DNA from: Candidatus Omnitrophota bacterium
GTDB taxonomy: Bacteria > Omnitrophota > Gorgyraeia > Gygaellales > Profunditerraquicolaceae
NCBI GenBank assembly: GCA_041661605.1
Contig: JBAZUE010000001.1
Coordinates: 798,928 to 862,927, forward strand
Direction of reading: 5' to 3'
DNA length: 64,000 nucleotides
Below the pieces are notes generated by a model. The model did not search any database. It saw nothing but the letters and a program-made list of their open reading frames with translations, and was not told where the DNA came from. Positions 8,764-18,132 of the stretch are shown in pieces. Numbering within the stretch: position 1 is the first letter of the stretch; every line of letters starts with the position of its first letter. The translations under genes and the position numbers were made by a program.

Positions 8764-11682
8764 CTACCATTTTAAAGGCTCCTGCCAGCTTTCTTTTAAT
8801 TTGCGGCTATCCGCATCTACGCAAAGCTTGCCGTCAAGGCCGTATATTTTAAAGCTATTGCCGCTTGATAAACAACCTGCCAGGCAATAATCCAGGCCCT
8901 TTAATGTTTTCTCAAACTCCTCTTTATTTTTCTTATCCACCTCAACCACAAAACGGGAGTTAGACTCTGAAAAAAGCAGAGAATCATTTCGCGGATCTGA
9001 TGATTCATAAGGGGCCTCTGCTAAAAATATCTCCGCTCCCAGGCCTCCGCTGAAAACCAACTCTGCCAAGGCCACGCCCAGGCCTCCGTCAGAACAATCA
9101 TGCATTGCCTCAACCAGGCCCTTTTCCGCCGCTTTGCTTAAAGCAGAAAATATCTTCCTTGACTCCTGGTACTTAAGCTTGGGCACCTGGTTTCCCACGG
9201 CGTTATATAAATCATAGTAATGCGATCCGCCTAACTCATCGCGGGTCTTTCCCACGATATAAATTAAATTTCCCTCTTTTTTCGCGTACATGGATATGGA
9301 TTTATTTACATCCTCCATCACGCTGATCGCCGAGATAAGCAGTGTCCCGGGTATAGAGGTTGATTTTCCATGCACACTGAATTCATTATAAAGGCTGTCT
9401 TTACCGGAGATAAACGGGACTCCATATTCCTTGGCAGCATCATAACAACCATAAGCGGCGCGCACCAGGCTGCCTAAGCGGTCAGGCTTATCCGGGTTCC
9501 CCCAGCAAAAATTATCCAATATCGCCACTTCTTTTAATGAGCCTCCCACGCTAATAATCTGGCGCAAGGCTTCGTCAATGCAGGAAGCCGCCATCCAGTA
9601 AGGGTCAATAAAACCAAAACGGAAATTTATCCCATTGGAAATAATAATTCCTTTGACTGAATCAAACAAAGGCTTGGTCACACTGGCATCCGAAGGTCCG
9701 TCATTGACAAGACCGGCCAAAGGTTTGATAATCGAGCCGCCCTGCACTTCATGGTCATACTGCCGGATCACCCACTCCTTGGAGCAGATATCATAATGCG
9801 AAAGCAGTTTTAATAAATCAGCGGTGAGATTTTTCTTCAGGGGAATTTTGGGCTCTTTGTGCCTTGCCTGCTCGTATACTGCTTTCTTGGTAATCTGCGG
9901 TATGCCGTCATGCAAAAAACGCATATCTAAATCACAGACTTTGTTGTCTTCATAATAAAGTTCCAATCTTTTAGAGTCCGTAAATTCTCCAATTACCGTA
10001 GCCTCAACATCTTCATTCGCAAATACCTTAACTAATTTATCGATATTTTCAGGAGGAACAGAGAGCACCATTCTCTCCTGCGACTCAGAAATCCATATCT
10101 CCATATAAGAAAGGCCGGAGTATTTCAAGGGCACACGCTCCAGATAAACTTTGGCACCCAATTCTGCGGCCATCTCTCCTACCGCGCTGGATAAGCCTCC
10201 TGCTCCGCAATCCGTAATCGCGCTATAGAGGTTGGCGTCGCGCGCCTGTAAAATTGTATCCAGCATCTTCTTTTCCTGGATGGGATTGCCTATCTGCACC
10301 GCGCCGCTGGAGATAGTTTCGGACTCATGAGTCAGTTCACCGGAAGAAAAAGTCGCTCCATGTATACCGTCGCGGCCGGTCCTGCCTCCGAGCACAACCA
10401 CCAGGTCGCCCACATTGGTCTTCTTAAAAGATTTATTTTTGGGCATAATCCCTACTGTACCGCAATAGACCAGCGGGTTTCCCGCGAAATGTTCATGAAA
10501 AAGAATAGCCCCGTTTACCGTTGGGATCCCCATCTTGTTTCCATAGTCGCGCACACCGCTGACTACCCCCTTCATCACCCGTTTTGGATGCAAAGAGCCG
10601 GCAGGCACTTTGTTAAACGCCAGATCCGGCGGAGCGAAACAAAATATATCGCTGTTTAAAATCGGTTTGGCGCCCATGCCTGTTCCCATAGGGTCGCGGA
10701 TTACACCGCCGATGCCGGTATTTGCTCCGCCAAACGGCTCTAAGGCCGAAGGATGATTATGCGTTTCAACTTTAAAACAAATATTATTTTTTTCATCAAA
10801 CCTGATCACCCCGGCGTTATCTTTAAAAACAGAAACACACCAGCTCTTATTCAACTCTTTAGTCGCCTTCATGATTGTGGATTTAAGCAAGCCCTTAATA
10901 GACATATTCCCTAAAGCGGGAACAGCTTTTTTTTCTTTATAGGCAATGTTGCCGCGGAAGGTCTTATGATAACAGTGCTCGGACCAGGTCTGGGCGATTG
11001 TCTCCAATTCACAATCAACAGGATTGCGTTTTTGTTTACGGAAATAATCCCGGATCTGGCGCATCTCTTCTAAATTCAGGAAGAGCTGACCTTTTTTGCT
11101 GATCTCCAAAAGCCCGGCGTCTGTAGCGTTGAGCAAATCAACTGTAACTAAGTTAAAATAATACCCTGGCTGGTGCTTGATATCGCCCTGCGGAATATTC
11201 AAATCAACTACATGCTGGATAAGTTTGTTATAGAGAAGTTTTTCCGAGATGGTCTTTAATTGCCCTGACGAAAGCGAACCGTAAAAAATATATTTTTTGG
11301 CGGTCTTAACTGATTCAGCGCCTAAAATACCTAAGTCCCGGATACCTTTTAAGACAGATGCCTCAACAGGATCCATCACCCCCGGATTATAAGCGACTTC
11401 TATTATATGCACTCCCCGATTGTCATTGCGAGCAATCATGTTTTTAGATTGCTTCGCTTCGCTCGCAATGACGCTGTACTCTTGAGCGACTTTATCCACT
11501 AAAAGCTCCTGGCAGATTGTAATAACCTGATTTTCGGTAAGATTACCTTCGAGGATATAAGCCTGGATAAACTTAACTTCCTTGACGCTATTTATTCCCA
11601 GGTCAAGAATATCTTTCTTTACACCCTGGCCGATGGCATCAAAAATACCGGGTTTATCCACTACTTCTATTTTATACTGCAT
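8764..11682 (-). CDS. purL: phosphoribosylformylglycinamidine synthase II with an N-terminal tandem PurS-like extension (PurS-PurS-PurL fusion)
   Basis: 972 aa. The core contains HNHPS..EPFGGA.TG.GG and two AIR-synthase-like repeats. The first ~190 aa are two PurS-like modules (MQYKIEVVDKPGIFD..., VHIIEVAYNPGVMDPVEA...). Confidence 0.92.
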   Translation of the reverse strand: MQYKIEVVDKPGIFDAIGQGVKKDILDLGINSVKEVKFIQAYILEGNLTENQVITICQELLVDKVAQEYSVIASEAKQSKNMIARNDNRGVHIIEVAYNPGVMDPVEASVLKGIRDLGILGAESVKTAKKYIFYGSLSSGQLKTISEKLLYNKLIQHVVDLNIPQGDIKHQPGYYFNLVTVDLLNATDAGLLEISKKGQLFLNLEEMRQIRDYFRKQKRNPVDCELETIAQTWSEHCYHKTFRGNIAYKEKKAVPALGNMSIKGLLKSTIMKATKELNKSWCVSVFKDNAGVIRFDEKNNICFKVETHNHPSALEPFGGANTGIGGVIRDPMGTGMGAKPILNSDIFCFAPPDLAFNKVPAGSLHPKRVMKGVVSGVRDYGNKMGIPTVNGAILFHEHFAGNPLVYCGTVGIMPKNKSFKKTNVGDLVVVLGGRTGRDGIHGATFSSGELTHESETISSGAVQIGNPIQEKKMLDTILQARDANLYSAITDCGAGGLSSAVGEMAAELGAKVYLERVPLKYSGLSYMEIWISESQERMVLSVPPENIDKLVKVFANEDVEATVIGEFTDSKRLELYYEDNKVCDLDMRFLHDGIPQITKKAVYEQARHKEPKIPLKKNLTADLLKLLSHYDICSKEWVIRQYDHEVQGGSIIKPLAGLVNDGPSDASVTKPLFDSVKGIIISNGINFRFGFIDPYWMAASCIDEALRQIISVGGSLKEVAILDNFCWGNPDKPDRLGSLVRAAYGCYDAAKEYGVPFISGKDSLYNEFSVHGKSTSIPGTLLISAISVMEDVNKSISMYAKKEGNLIYIVGKTRDELGGSHYYDLYNAVGNQVPKLKYQESRKIFSALSKAAEKGLVEAMHDCSDGGLGVALAELVFSGGLGAEIFLAEAPYESSDPRNDSLLFSESNSRFVVEVDKKNKEEFEKTLKGLDYCLAGCLSSGNSFKIYGLDGKLCVDADSRKLKESWQEPLKW
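11422..11472. repeat. 51-nt imperfect palindromic element inserted in frame inside purL
   Basis: Arms gtcattgcgagc (11422-11433) and gctcgcaatgac (11461-11472). Read on the minus strand it encodes VIASEAKQSKNMIARND, between the two PurS-like modules. Confidence 0.7.
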
Positions 11683-11746
11683 ATCTATTAAAGAGGTTTT
11701 TAAAAGGCAGGATTACTGAGCCTACGATAAATAATAGCTCAGTATA

Positions 11747-13039
11747 CTATAAACCGACCTTCTTAAAAATTTTATTTACATTGCGCAGATAAAAATCCAG
11801 ATCAAATATCTTATCCAATTCTTTGGCGTTTAAATATTTCGCTGCTTCGGGAACGGACAAAAGATTATCTTTGAAGTTTTCAGTGCCGCTCCAGGTTTTC
11901 ATGGCCGCTTTCTGCACTAAATCATATGCCCTGGGCCGGGAAAGACCTTTGTTCATCAAAGCAATTAAAACCCGCTGCGAAAAGATCAATCCGCGCGTTT
12001 TGGCCAAATTAGACAGCATATTATCCGGATAAACCTTCATCCCAGAAACTACCTCAATGAATTTATTCAACATATAGTCTAAAGCTAAAGTAGAATCCGG
12101 AAAAATTATGCGCTCAACCGAAGAATGGCTGATATCCCGCTCATGCCAGAGACAAACATTCTCTAAAGCTACCTGGGCATTCGCGCGTAAAAGCCGCGCT
12201 AATCCGCAGATGCGCTCGCAGATTACCGGGTTACGTTTATGCGGCATAGCGCTTGAACCCTTCTGGCCCTTGCCAAAAGGCTCTTCTGCCTCTAAAACCT
12301 CGGTCTTTTGTAAATGTCTGATTTCGGTAGCGAATTTTTCTAAAGAAGCGCCGATTACCGCCAGGGTAGCTATATATTGTGCGTATACATCCCTTTGTAT
12401 AACCTGCGTGGCGATATTTACCGGTTTTAAGCCCAGCTTCTTGCAGACATAGTTCTCTACAAACGGCTCGATATTTGAATATGTGCCCACGGCTCCGGAA
12501 AGTTTTCCTACGCAAACTCCGTCTCTGGCTTGTTTTAAACGCGTCAGATTCCTGGAGGTTTCATCAAACCACAGCGCAAGCTTTAAGCCAAAAGTAGTCG
12601 GCTCGGCGTGCACCCCGTGCGTGCGGCCGATACAAGCCATATCTTTATAAGCCCTGGCTTTTTTCGCCAGGACCCGTAATAGTTTCTCTAAATCTTCAAT
12701 CAATATGTCGGAGGCGCCTTTTAACTGCACCCCCAAGGTAGTATCCAGGATATCAGAAGAGGTAAGCCCCATATGCAAATACTGGGCGTCTTTTCCTATA
12801 TATTGGGCTACATTAGAGACAAAGGCCACAACATCATGTTGTGTCTTTTCTTCAATCTTATTGATCTGCTGGATGTTAAAACGGGCTTTTTGCTTAATAC
12901 GTTTTACTGCTTGCTGCGGGACGATCTTTTTCTGAGAGTAGGCCTCAAGAGCCAATATCTCAATGGAGAGCATAGTCTTAAACTTAAACTCCTCCTGCCA
13001 GATTCCCTTCATTTGCGGCAGGCTGTAACGTTCAATCAT
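11747..13039 (-). CDS. purB: adenylosuccinate lyase
   Basis: 430 aa. Has the fumarate-lyase signature GSSAMPHKRNP and HMGLTSSD. Confidence 0.93.
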   Translation of the reverse strand: MIERYSLPQMKGIWQEEFKFKTMLSIEILALEAYSQKKIVPQQAVKRIKQKARFNIQQINKIEEKTQHDVVAFVSNVAQYIGKDAQYLHMGLTSSDILDTTLGVQLKGASDILIEDLEKLLRVLAKKARAYKDMACIGRTHGVHAEPTTFGLKLALWFDETSRNLTRLKQARDGVCVGKLSGAVGTYSNIEPFVENYVCKKLGLKPVNIATQVIQRDVYAQYIATLAVIGASLEKFATEIRHLQKTEVLEAEEPFGKGQKGSSAMPHKRNPVICERICGLARLLRANAQVALENVCLWHERDISHSSVERIIFPDSTLALDYMLNKFIEVVSGMKVYPDNMLSNLAKTRGLIFSQRVLIALMNKGLSRPRAYDLVQKAAMKTWSGTENFKDNLLSVPEAAKYLNAKELDKIFDLDFYLRNVNKIFKKVGL

Positions 13040-13179
13040 CTTTTCTCCTTCTTAATCTTTAGGAAATATATTATAACAGAAAAACTGTTTTTGGCAAACA
13101 AAAATGGTATAGCCTAAAGACGTTTTATATAAATATTTGAACATCTTAAAGTTACGAAACAATTCTTTTTCTGAGTTTA

Positions 13180-13231
13180 AATAATTGTTTTACAACTCGA
13201 AGTGAATAGGTAAGTTATGTAAAACGTCTTT
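13180..13231. repeat. 52-nt direct repeat, left copy (partner at 14127-14178)
   Basis: aataattgttttacaactcgaag...ttatgtaaaacgtcttt matches 14127-14178 at 42 of 52 positions. Both copies abut the stop codon of a minus-strand ORF. Confidence 0.7.
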
Positions 13232-13421
13232 TGCTTTTTAAGATCTCTTTTAGAAATTTTATATCATTCTGGATTATTTCAATATTCGCCATTTTGAGAT
13301 TTGGCATTAGCGTGGGATTTTGTTCATAATGAAGTTTTGCGCCCTCTAGCAATCGGATGCGATGCCTCAACAAATCAATTAAACCTTGTTCTGTATTCTT
13401 CCTACCTGTCTTTTTCCTCAT
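13215..13421 (-). CDS. hypothetical small protein
   Basis: 68-aa basic ORF. Its last codons lie inside the 52-nt repeat. No family recognised. Confidence 0.35.
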   Translation of the reverse strand: MRKKTGRKNTEQGLIDLLRHRIRLLEGAKLHYEQNPTLMPNLKMANIEIIQNDIKFLKEILKSKRRFT

Positions 13422-13432
13422 AGCTCTGGCCT

Positions 13433-13678
13433 TTATGCTTCGGCGACACGATGCAGGATTTCGGAAATAAAACTCTGGTATTTGAGCCCTGATTTTCTCG
13501 CTTTTTGCTTAATGGTTTTCAAATCGTAGCTATTTAAGCGTATATTTAACACAGCGTCTTTCTTCCTACGCTCAAGAGCCTCAACAATTTCATTATACTC
13601 TACCTTGCCTACTGGAACAAATTCCTCCAAGTGGTCCTCAATCCAGCGTTCCTGTTTAGTTAATTTTATTTTTCTCAT
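13433..13678 (-). CDS. BrnA/CopG-type antitoxin
   Basis: 81 aa. The C-terminal LNIRLNSYDLKTIKQKARKSGLKYQSFISEILHRVAE matches the pattern of BrnA-type antitoxins (IslRl...l..lK..A...GlpYQslI). Overlaps the upstream toxin ORF by 23 nt. Confidence 0.6.
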   Translation of the reverse strand: MRKIKLTKQERWIEDHLEEFVPVGKVEYNEIVEALERRKKDAVLNIRLNSYDLKTIKQKARKSGLKYQSFISEILHRVAEA

Positions 13679-13934
13679 CGCGCCTCCTATCTTTATAAAT
13701 CTTTTTAAGTTTGCGGCTCGGATATATTGTTTTTAAAAATATCCCTTCGGACTCAAAGACAAACGGCACCGCCCATACATATCCCTTATATTCGTATGCT
13801 AGAACCATTTGATTATCTCGACTGGGGTTCCTATGAATACCAAGAAATTTAGCTTGAATTATCTCTTCAAACGAGATTCCCCGCGTGCGCTTCAGACGCC
13901 TGCTCTTTAAAAGGCTCCATCTGACCTGCTTCAT
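13656..13934 (-). CDS. BrnT-like (DUF497) toxin
   Basis: 92 aa. The W..LKSRRLKRTRGISFEEI start and the IFLKTIYPSRKLKK end resemble BrnT (W...K...n..KHGvsFEEA ... iRIISARkAtkkE). The toxin-first gene order is as in brnTA. Confidence 0.55.
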   Translation of the reverse strand: MKQVRWSLLKSRRLKRTRGISFEEIIQAKFLGIHRNPSRDNQMVLAYEYKGYVWAVPFVFESEGIFLKTIYPSRKLKKIYKDRRRDEKNKIN

Positions 13935-13965
13935 AACTCTCTTTGCGCAACTTAATGTATATACA

Positions 13966-13993
13966 ATTGTATTACTTTATTTTATTTAGTCAA
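13966..13993 (-). promoter_or_regulatory. sigma70-like promoter of the TA pair, with a palindromic operator
   Basis: On the minus strand TTGACT-N16-TACAAT. The perfect 12-bp palindrome ATACAATTGTAT (13961-13972) overlaps the -10 element. Confidence 0.55.
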
Positions 13994-14126
13994 GTTCTTT
14001 TTATCCGTTGCGCGCCTCCCTTCTGCTACAATTGACGCAAGAGGAGGAAAAATCTAACTAGAATATGGAAATATGCAAGCAGGGGGAATATTGACTACGG
14101 CGAATTAAAGCGGGAAAGGATTACGA

Positions 14127-14178
14127 AATAATTGTTTTGTAACTCAAGGAATATAGGTGGGTTATATAAAACGTCTTT
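14127..14178. repeat. 52-nt direct repeat, right copy
   Basis: See 13180-13231. Its last 17 nt are the right-hand TIR. Confidence 0.7.
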
Positions 14179-14184
14179 ACTTCT

Positions 14185-15327
14185 TTACTTATTCTTTTCT
14201 AATCCCAAAAGTGTTTTCTCTATTTGCGCTATTTCTCTTTTTAAGCTTACTATCTCTTTATCTTTTTCCGTCTTAAGCTCCCTAATCGCCTGAATTATCA
14301 CAGAAGATAAACGCTCATAACTGACTGTTTTATAGCCATCGGGATTTTCTTTAACTAAATCGGGCAACACCTTCTCTACTTCCTGCGCAATTACACCGAT
14401 ATCTCTCTTACCGCCGTTCTTCGACTTATCCTTCCAGTAAAAATAAACTCCCCGCACATCAAGTACTTTCTGTAGAGCATTATCTATCGGGACAATATCT
14501 TTCTTGAGACGAATATCAGAAGGATAAGTACTTTCCGTAAGGACTTTAGACCCCCCTGAATACATATCTCCCGTTGCAGATATGCTCCCCTGTGTCTCTA
14601 TAGACCCAAGTATTTTTATCTTTTTATTAAATTGCGCAGAATAACATCCCACTGCGGTACAAGTAAATGTGCCTCCATAGTTTTCTCCAATTGCCGTAAT
14701 ACCTGCGCCGCTTATAGACGTACCATCTACAGTTACTTCTCCATCAATGCCTAGAGTAGCTATATTATTAGGTTGTACTCCATATATAGGATCAACATGA
14801 TTCCTCGTACCTGTAAATATTCCCCCATACCTATTGCCCTGACCGGCAACACCAGAGCAACTTGTACATCCTCCAACACCAAACACTCCAAAAGCAGCAT
14901 TTATTCCCGGTCTATCATCTCTGAAAGCCAGATAACCGGTAGTAGCATTCACTGCATCATGTCCACTGACTGCCTGGGTAAACTGGCTCTCTACCTGATC
15001 ACCTCCGTCATCTGATAAATAGACGTGTAATCTTGCTCGCGGCCAAAGTGGAAAAACCTCCCCTCCAGTACGAACAGGACGACCGATACGCACGCTCCCT
15101 TCGGTAATCAAATCATATTTATCATCAACCTGCCTGGTGCATGAACCTTCCCAGCAAAACGATGTATTATCTATAAGGCTGTCTCCGACCGCCATGCGCT
15201 GACTTCTTAATTCCCGATAACTTCCATAGGGAGAAGGATAATAAGTTGTAATGGTAATGGATTCTTCGGCAAAGGATAAGTTAAAAACCCCAAAAATAAA
15301 GATAAATAAGAATTTCATCTTTTTCAT
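14185..15327 (-). CDS. secreted tail-fibre-like protein with a C-terminal peptidase-S74 intramolecular-chaperone domain
   Basis: 380 aa. Signal peptide MKKMKFLFIFIFGVFNLSFA. Gly/Cys-rich central region. The last 111 aa start at SDIRLKKDI and continue ...GVYFYWKD...GVIAQEVEKVLPDLV...VSYERL... followed by a coiled coil. This is the auto-cleaving chaperone domain of endosialidase and tail-fibre proteins. Confidence 0.75.
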   Translation of the reverse strand: MKKMKFLFIFIFGVFNLSFAEESITITTYYPSPYGSYRELRSQRMAVGDSLIDNTSFCWEGSCTRQVDDKYDLITEGSVRIGRPVRTGGEVFPLWPRARLHVYLSDDGGDQVESQFTQAVSGHDAVNATTGYLAFRDDRPGINAAFGVFGVGGCTSCSGVAGQGNRYGGIFTGTRNHVDPIYGVQPNNIATLGIDGEVTVDGTSISGAGITAIGENYGGTFTCTAVGCYSAQFNKKIKILGSIETQGSISATGDMYSGGSKVLTESTYPSDIRLKKDIVPIDNALQKVLDVRGVYFYWKDKSKNGGKRDIGVIAQEVEKVLPDLVKENPDGYKTVSYERLSSVIIQAIRELKTEKDKEIVSLKREIAQIEKTLLGLEKNK

Positions 15328-15353
15328 AAGTTAGCCCTCCTTCTACTATCTGC

Positions 15354-15381
15354 TTGCACTTTTTAGCCCTTCAAATATAAT
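15354..15381 (+). promoter_or_regulatory. sigma70-like promoter of the XRE gene
   Basis: TTGCAC (15354-15359), a 16-nt spacer, then TATAAT (15376-15381). Confidence 0.55.
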
Positions 15382-15401
15382 ATTCCATTTTGGAATATTA
15401 T
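15377..15401. promoter_or_regulatory. perfect 11-bp inverted repeat operator (ATAATATTCCA-ttt-TGGAATATTAT)
   Basis: Arms at 15377-15387 and 15391-15401. It overlaps the XRE -10 element and lies between the two predicted transcription starts. Confidence 0.6.
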
Positions 15402-15408
15402 TGATTTA

Positions 15409-15437
15409 AGTGTAACATACCATCCTTGAGGTGTCAA
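15409..15437 (-). promoter_or_regulatory. sigma70-like promoter of the tail-fibre-like gene
   Basis: On the minus strand TTGACA (15437-15432), a 17-nt spacer, then TACACT (15414-15409). It overlaps the XRE start codon. Confidence 0.45.
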
Positions 15438-15655
15438 TGGATAAAACTATTTTTACGAAAAGCCACAAGGACCTGGTCAGCCGCTTAATCAAGGCCCGTA
15501 AAGCTTCAAAGCTTCGGCAAATAGACGCGGCTAAGAAATTGGGCAGGACGCAATCCTATATTTCGAAAATAGAGGCAGGCCAACGCCGCATCGATACTGT
15601 GCAATTAAGAGAATTCGCGGCAATCTACAAGAAAAAACTGCAAGACTTCATTTAA
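15431..15655 (+). CDS. XRE-family helix-turn-helix transcriptional regulator
   Basis: 74 aa. The HTH_3 pattern is LRQIDAAKKLGRTQSYISKIEAGQRRIDTVQL. The start is either GTG 15431 or ATG 15437. Confidence 0.8.
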   Translation: MSMDKTIFTKSHKDLVSRLIKARKASKLRQIDAAKKLGRTQSYISKIEAGQRRIDTVQLREFAAIYKKKLQDFI

Positions 15656-16328
15656 TAATCCCCTCATCGCAAAAACTGAAGTAATTCCCGTTACCGATAA
15701 TTATATGGTCAAGACATTTTATAAGCAGCGCCTCCCCTGCCGTAACTAACTTCTTAGTAAACTCCCTGTCCTGCGGGCTTGGCTTGGGGCTGCCGGAAGG
15801 ATGATTATGCACGCAAATTATAAAAGATGAATAATTCTCCAGCGCCTTTTGAAAAATTTCCCTTATTATGGGATTTGCCTGATCTACCGAGCCCTCCCCT
15901 ATTTCTACTATATCTATAATCCTGTTTTGCGAATTCAAAAGTAAAACCTTAAATACCTCTTTCTTCAAATCCTGCATACGCGGCATAAGGATTTTTACGA
16001 TATCCGCCGAAGATTTTATTTTTGGACGCCTTTCTTTTATCCTCTCTTCGCTAAACCTTCTGGCTATTTCAATAGCTGCCTTTATCTGGCTGATCTTAGC
16101 CTCCCCCAAGCCCCTTAATTGTTTCCAACAGCCTAAATCCTGCTGCCCCATATTGCGAAAACTCTTGAATCTCTGCAAAATCTTTCTTGCCAGATCCATG
16201 GCGCTTTCTCCTTTTACCCCTGTCCTTAAAATAATCGCCAGCAATTCGGAATCGCTTAAAGTATGCTCTCCGTTTTTCAACAATTTCTCCCTGGGCCTGT
16301 CCTGCTTTGGCCAATTATTTATAGGCAT
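15648..16328 (-). CDS. radC: RadC-family JAB/MPN-domain protein
   Basis: 226 aa. N-terminal PRE(K)LL..G...LSD.ELLAIILRTG and the C-terminal JAMM motif HNHPSGSPKPSPQD. Confidence 0.88.
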   Translation of the reverse strand: MPINNWPKQDRPREKLLKNGEHTLSDSELLAIILRTGVKGESAMDLARKILQRFKSFRNMGQQDLGCWKQLRGLGEAKISQIKAAIEIARRFSEERIKERRPKIKSSADIVKILMPRMQDLKKEVFKVLLLNSQNRIIDIVEIGEGSVDQANPIIREIFQKALENYSSFIICVHNHPSGSPKPSPQDREFTKKLVTAGEALLIKCLDHIIIGNGNYFSFCDEGIIK

Positions 16329-16379
16329 AGCGCTCTCCCTTTTTTAATAATTGACGGTACAATGAGGAGAATCTAACAC

Positions 16380-16410
16380 AAAAAAACTCCGCCGGGTTTA
16401 ACCAGCGGAG
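16380..16410 (-). terminator. intrinsic terminator after pyrG
   Basis: On the minus strand ctccgc-tggttaaacccg-gcggag followed by TTTTTTT. Confidence 0.7.
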
Positions 16411-16442
16411 CATTTGAGACAAAATATCTTTTTTAGATTTCT

Positions 16443-18071
<1,629 letters not shown>

Positions 18072-18085
18072 TTATTCTACAGCAA

Positions 18086-18121
18086 ATAAAAAGCCCCTAC
18101 AAGTGTTTTATTTGTAAGGGC
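18086..18121 (-). terminator. intrinsic terminator after gltD
   Basis: On the minus strand gcccttacaa-ataaaacac-ttgtaggggc followed by TTTTTAT. Confidence 0.65.
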
Positions 18122-18132
18122 TTCATAAAACA

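Larger units (their letters stand above)
13116..14178. mobile_element. putative TIR-bounded cassette carrying a small ORF and a BrnT/BrnA-like toxin-antitoxin pair
   Basis: Perfect 17-bp terminal inverted repeats: aaagacgttttatataa (13116-13132) and ttatataaaacgtcttt (14162-14178). There is an extra direct copy with one mismatch at 13215-13231. No transposase lies inside. Confidence 0.4.

Noticed and set aside
11422-11472. The purL insertion as an intein, a frameshift or an assembly artefact.
   Set aside because: It is too short for an intein at 17 aa. The frame is preserved and both flanks are good PurS-like sequence. A misassembly cannot be excluded without reads, but the clean in-frame palindrome argues for a real element.
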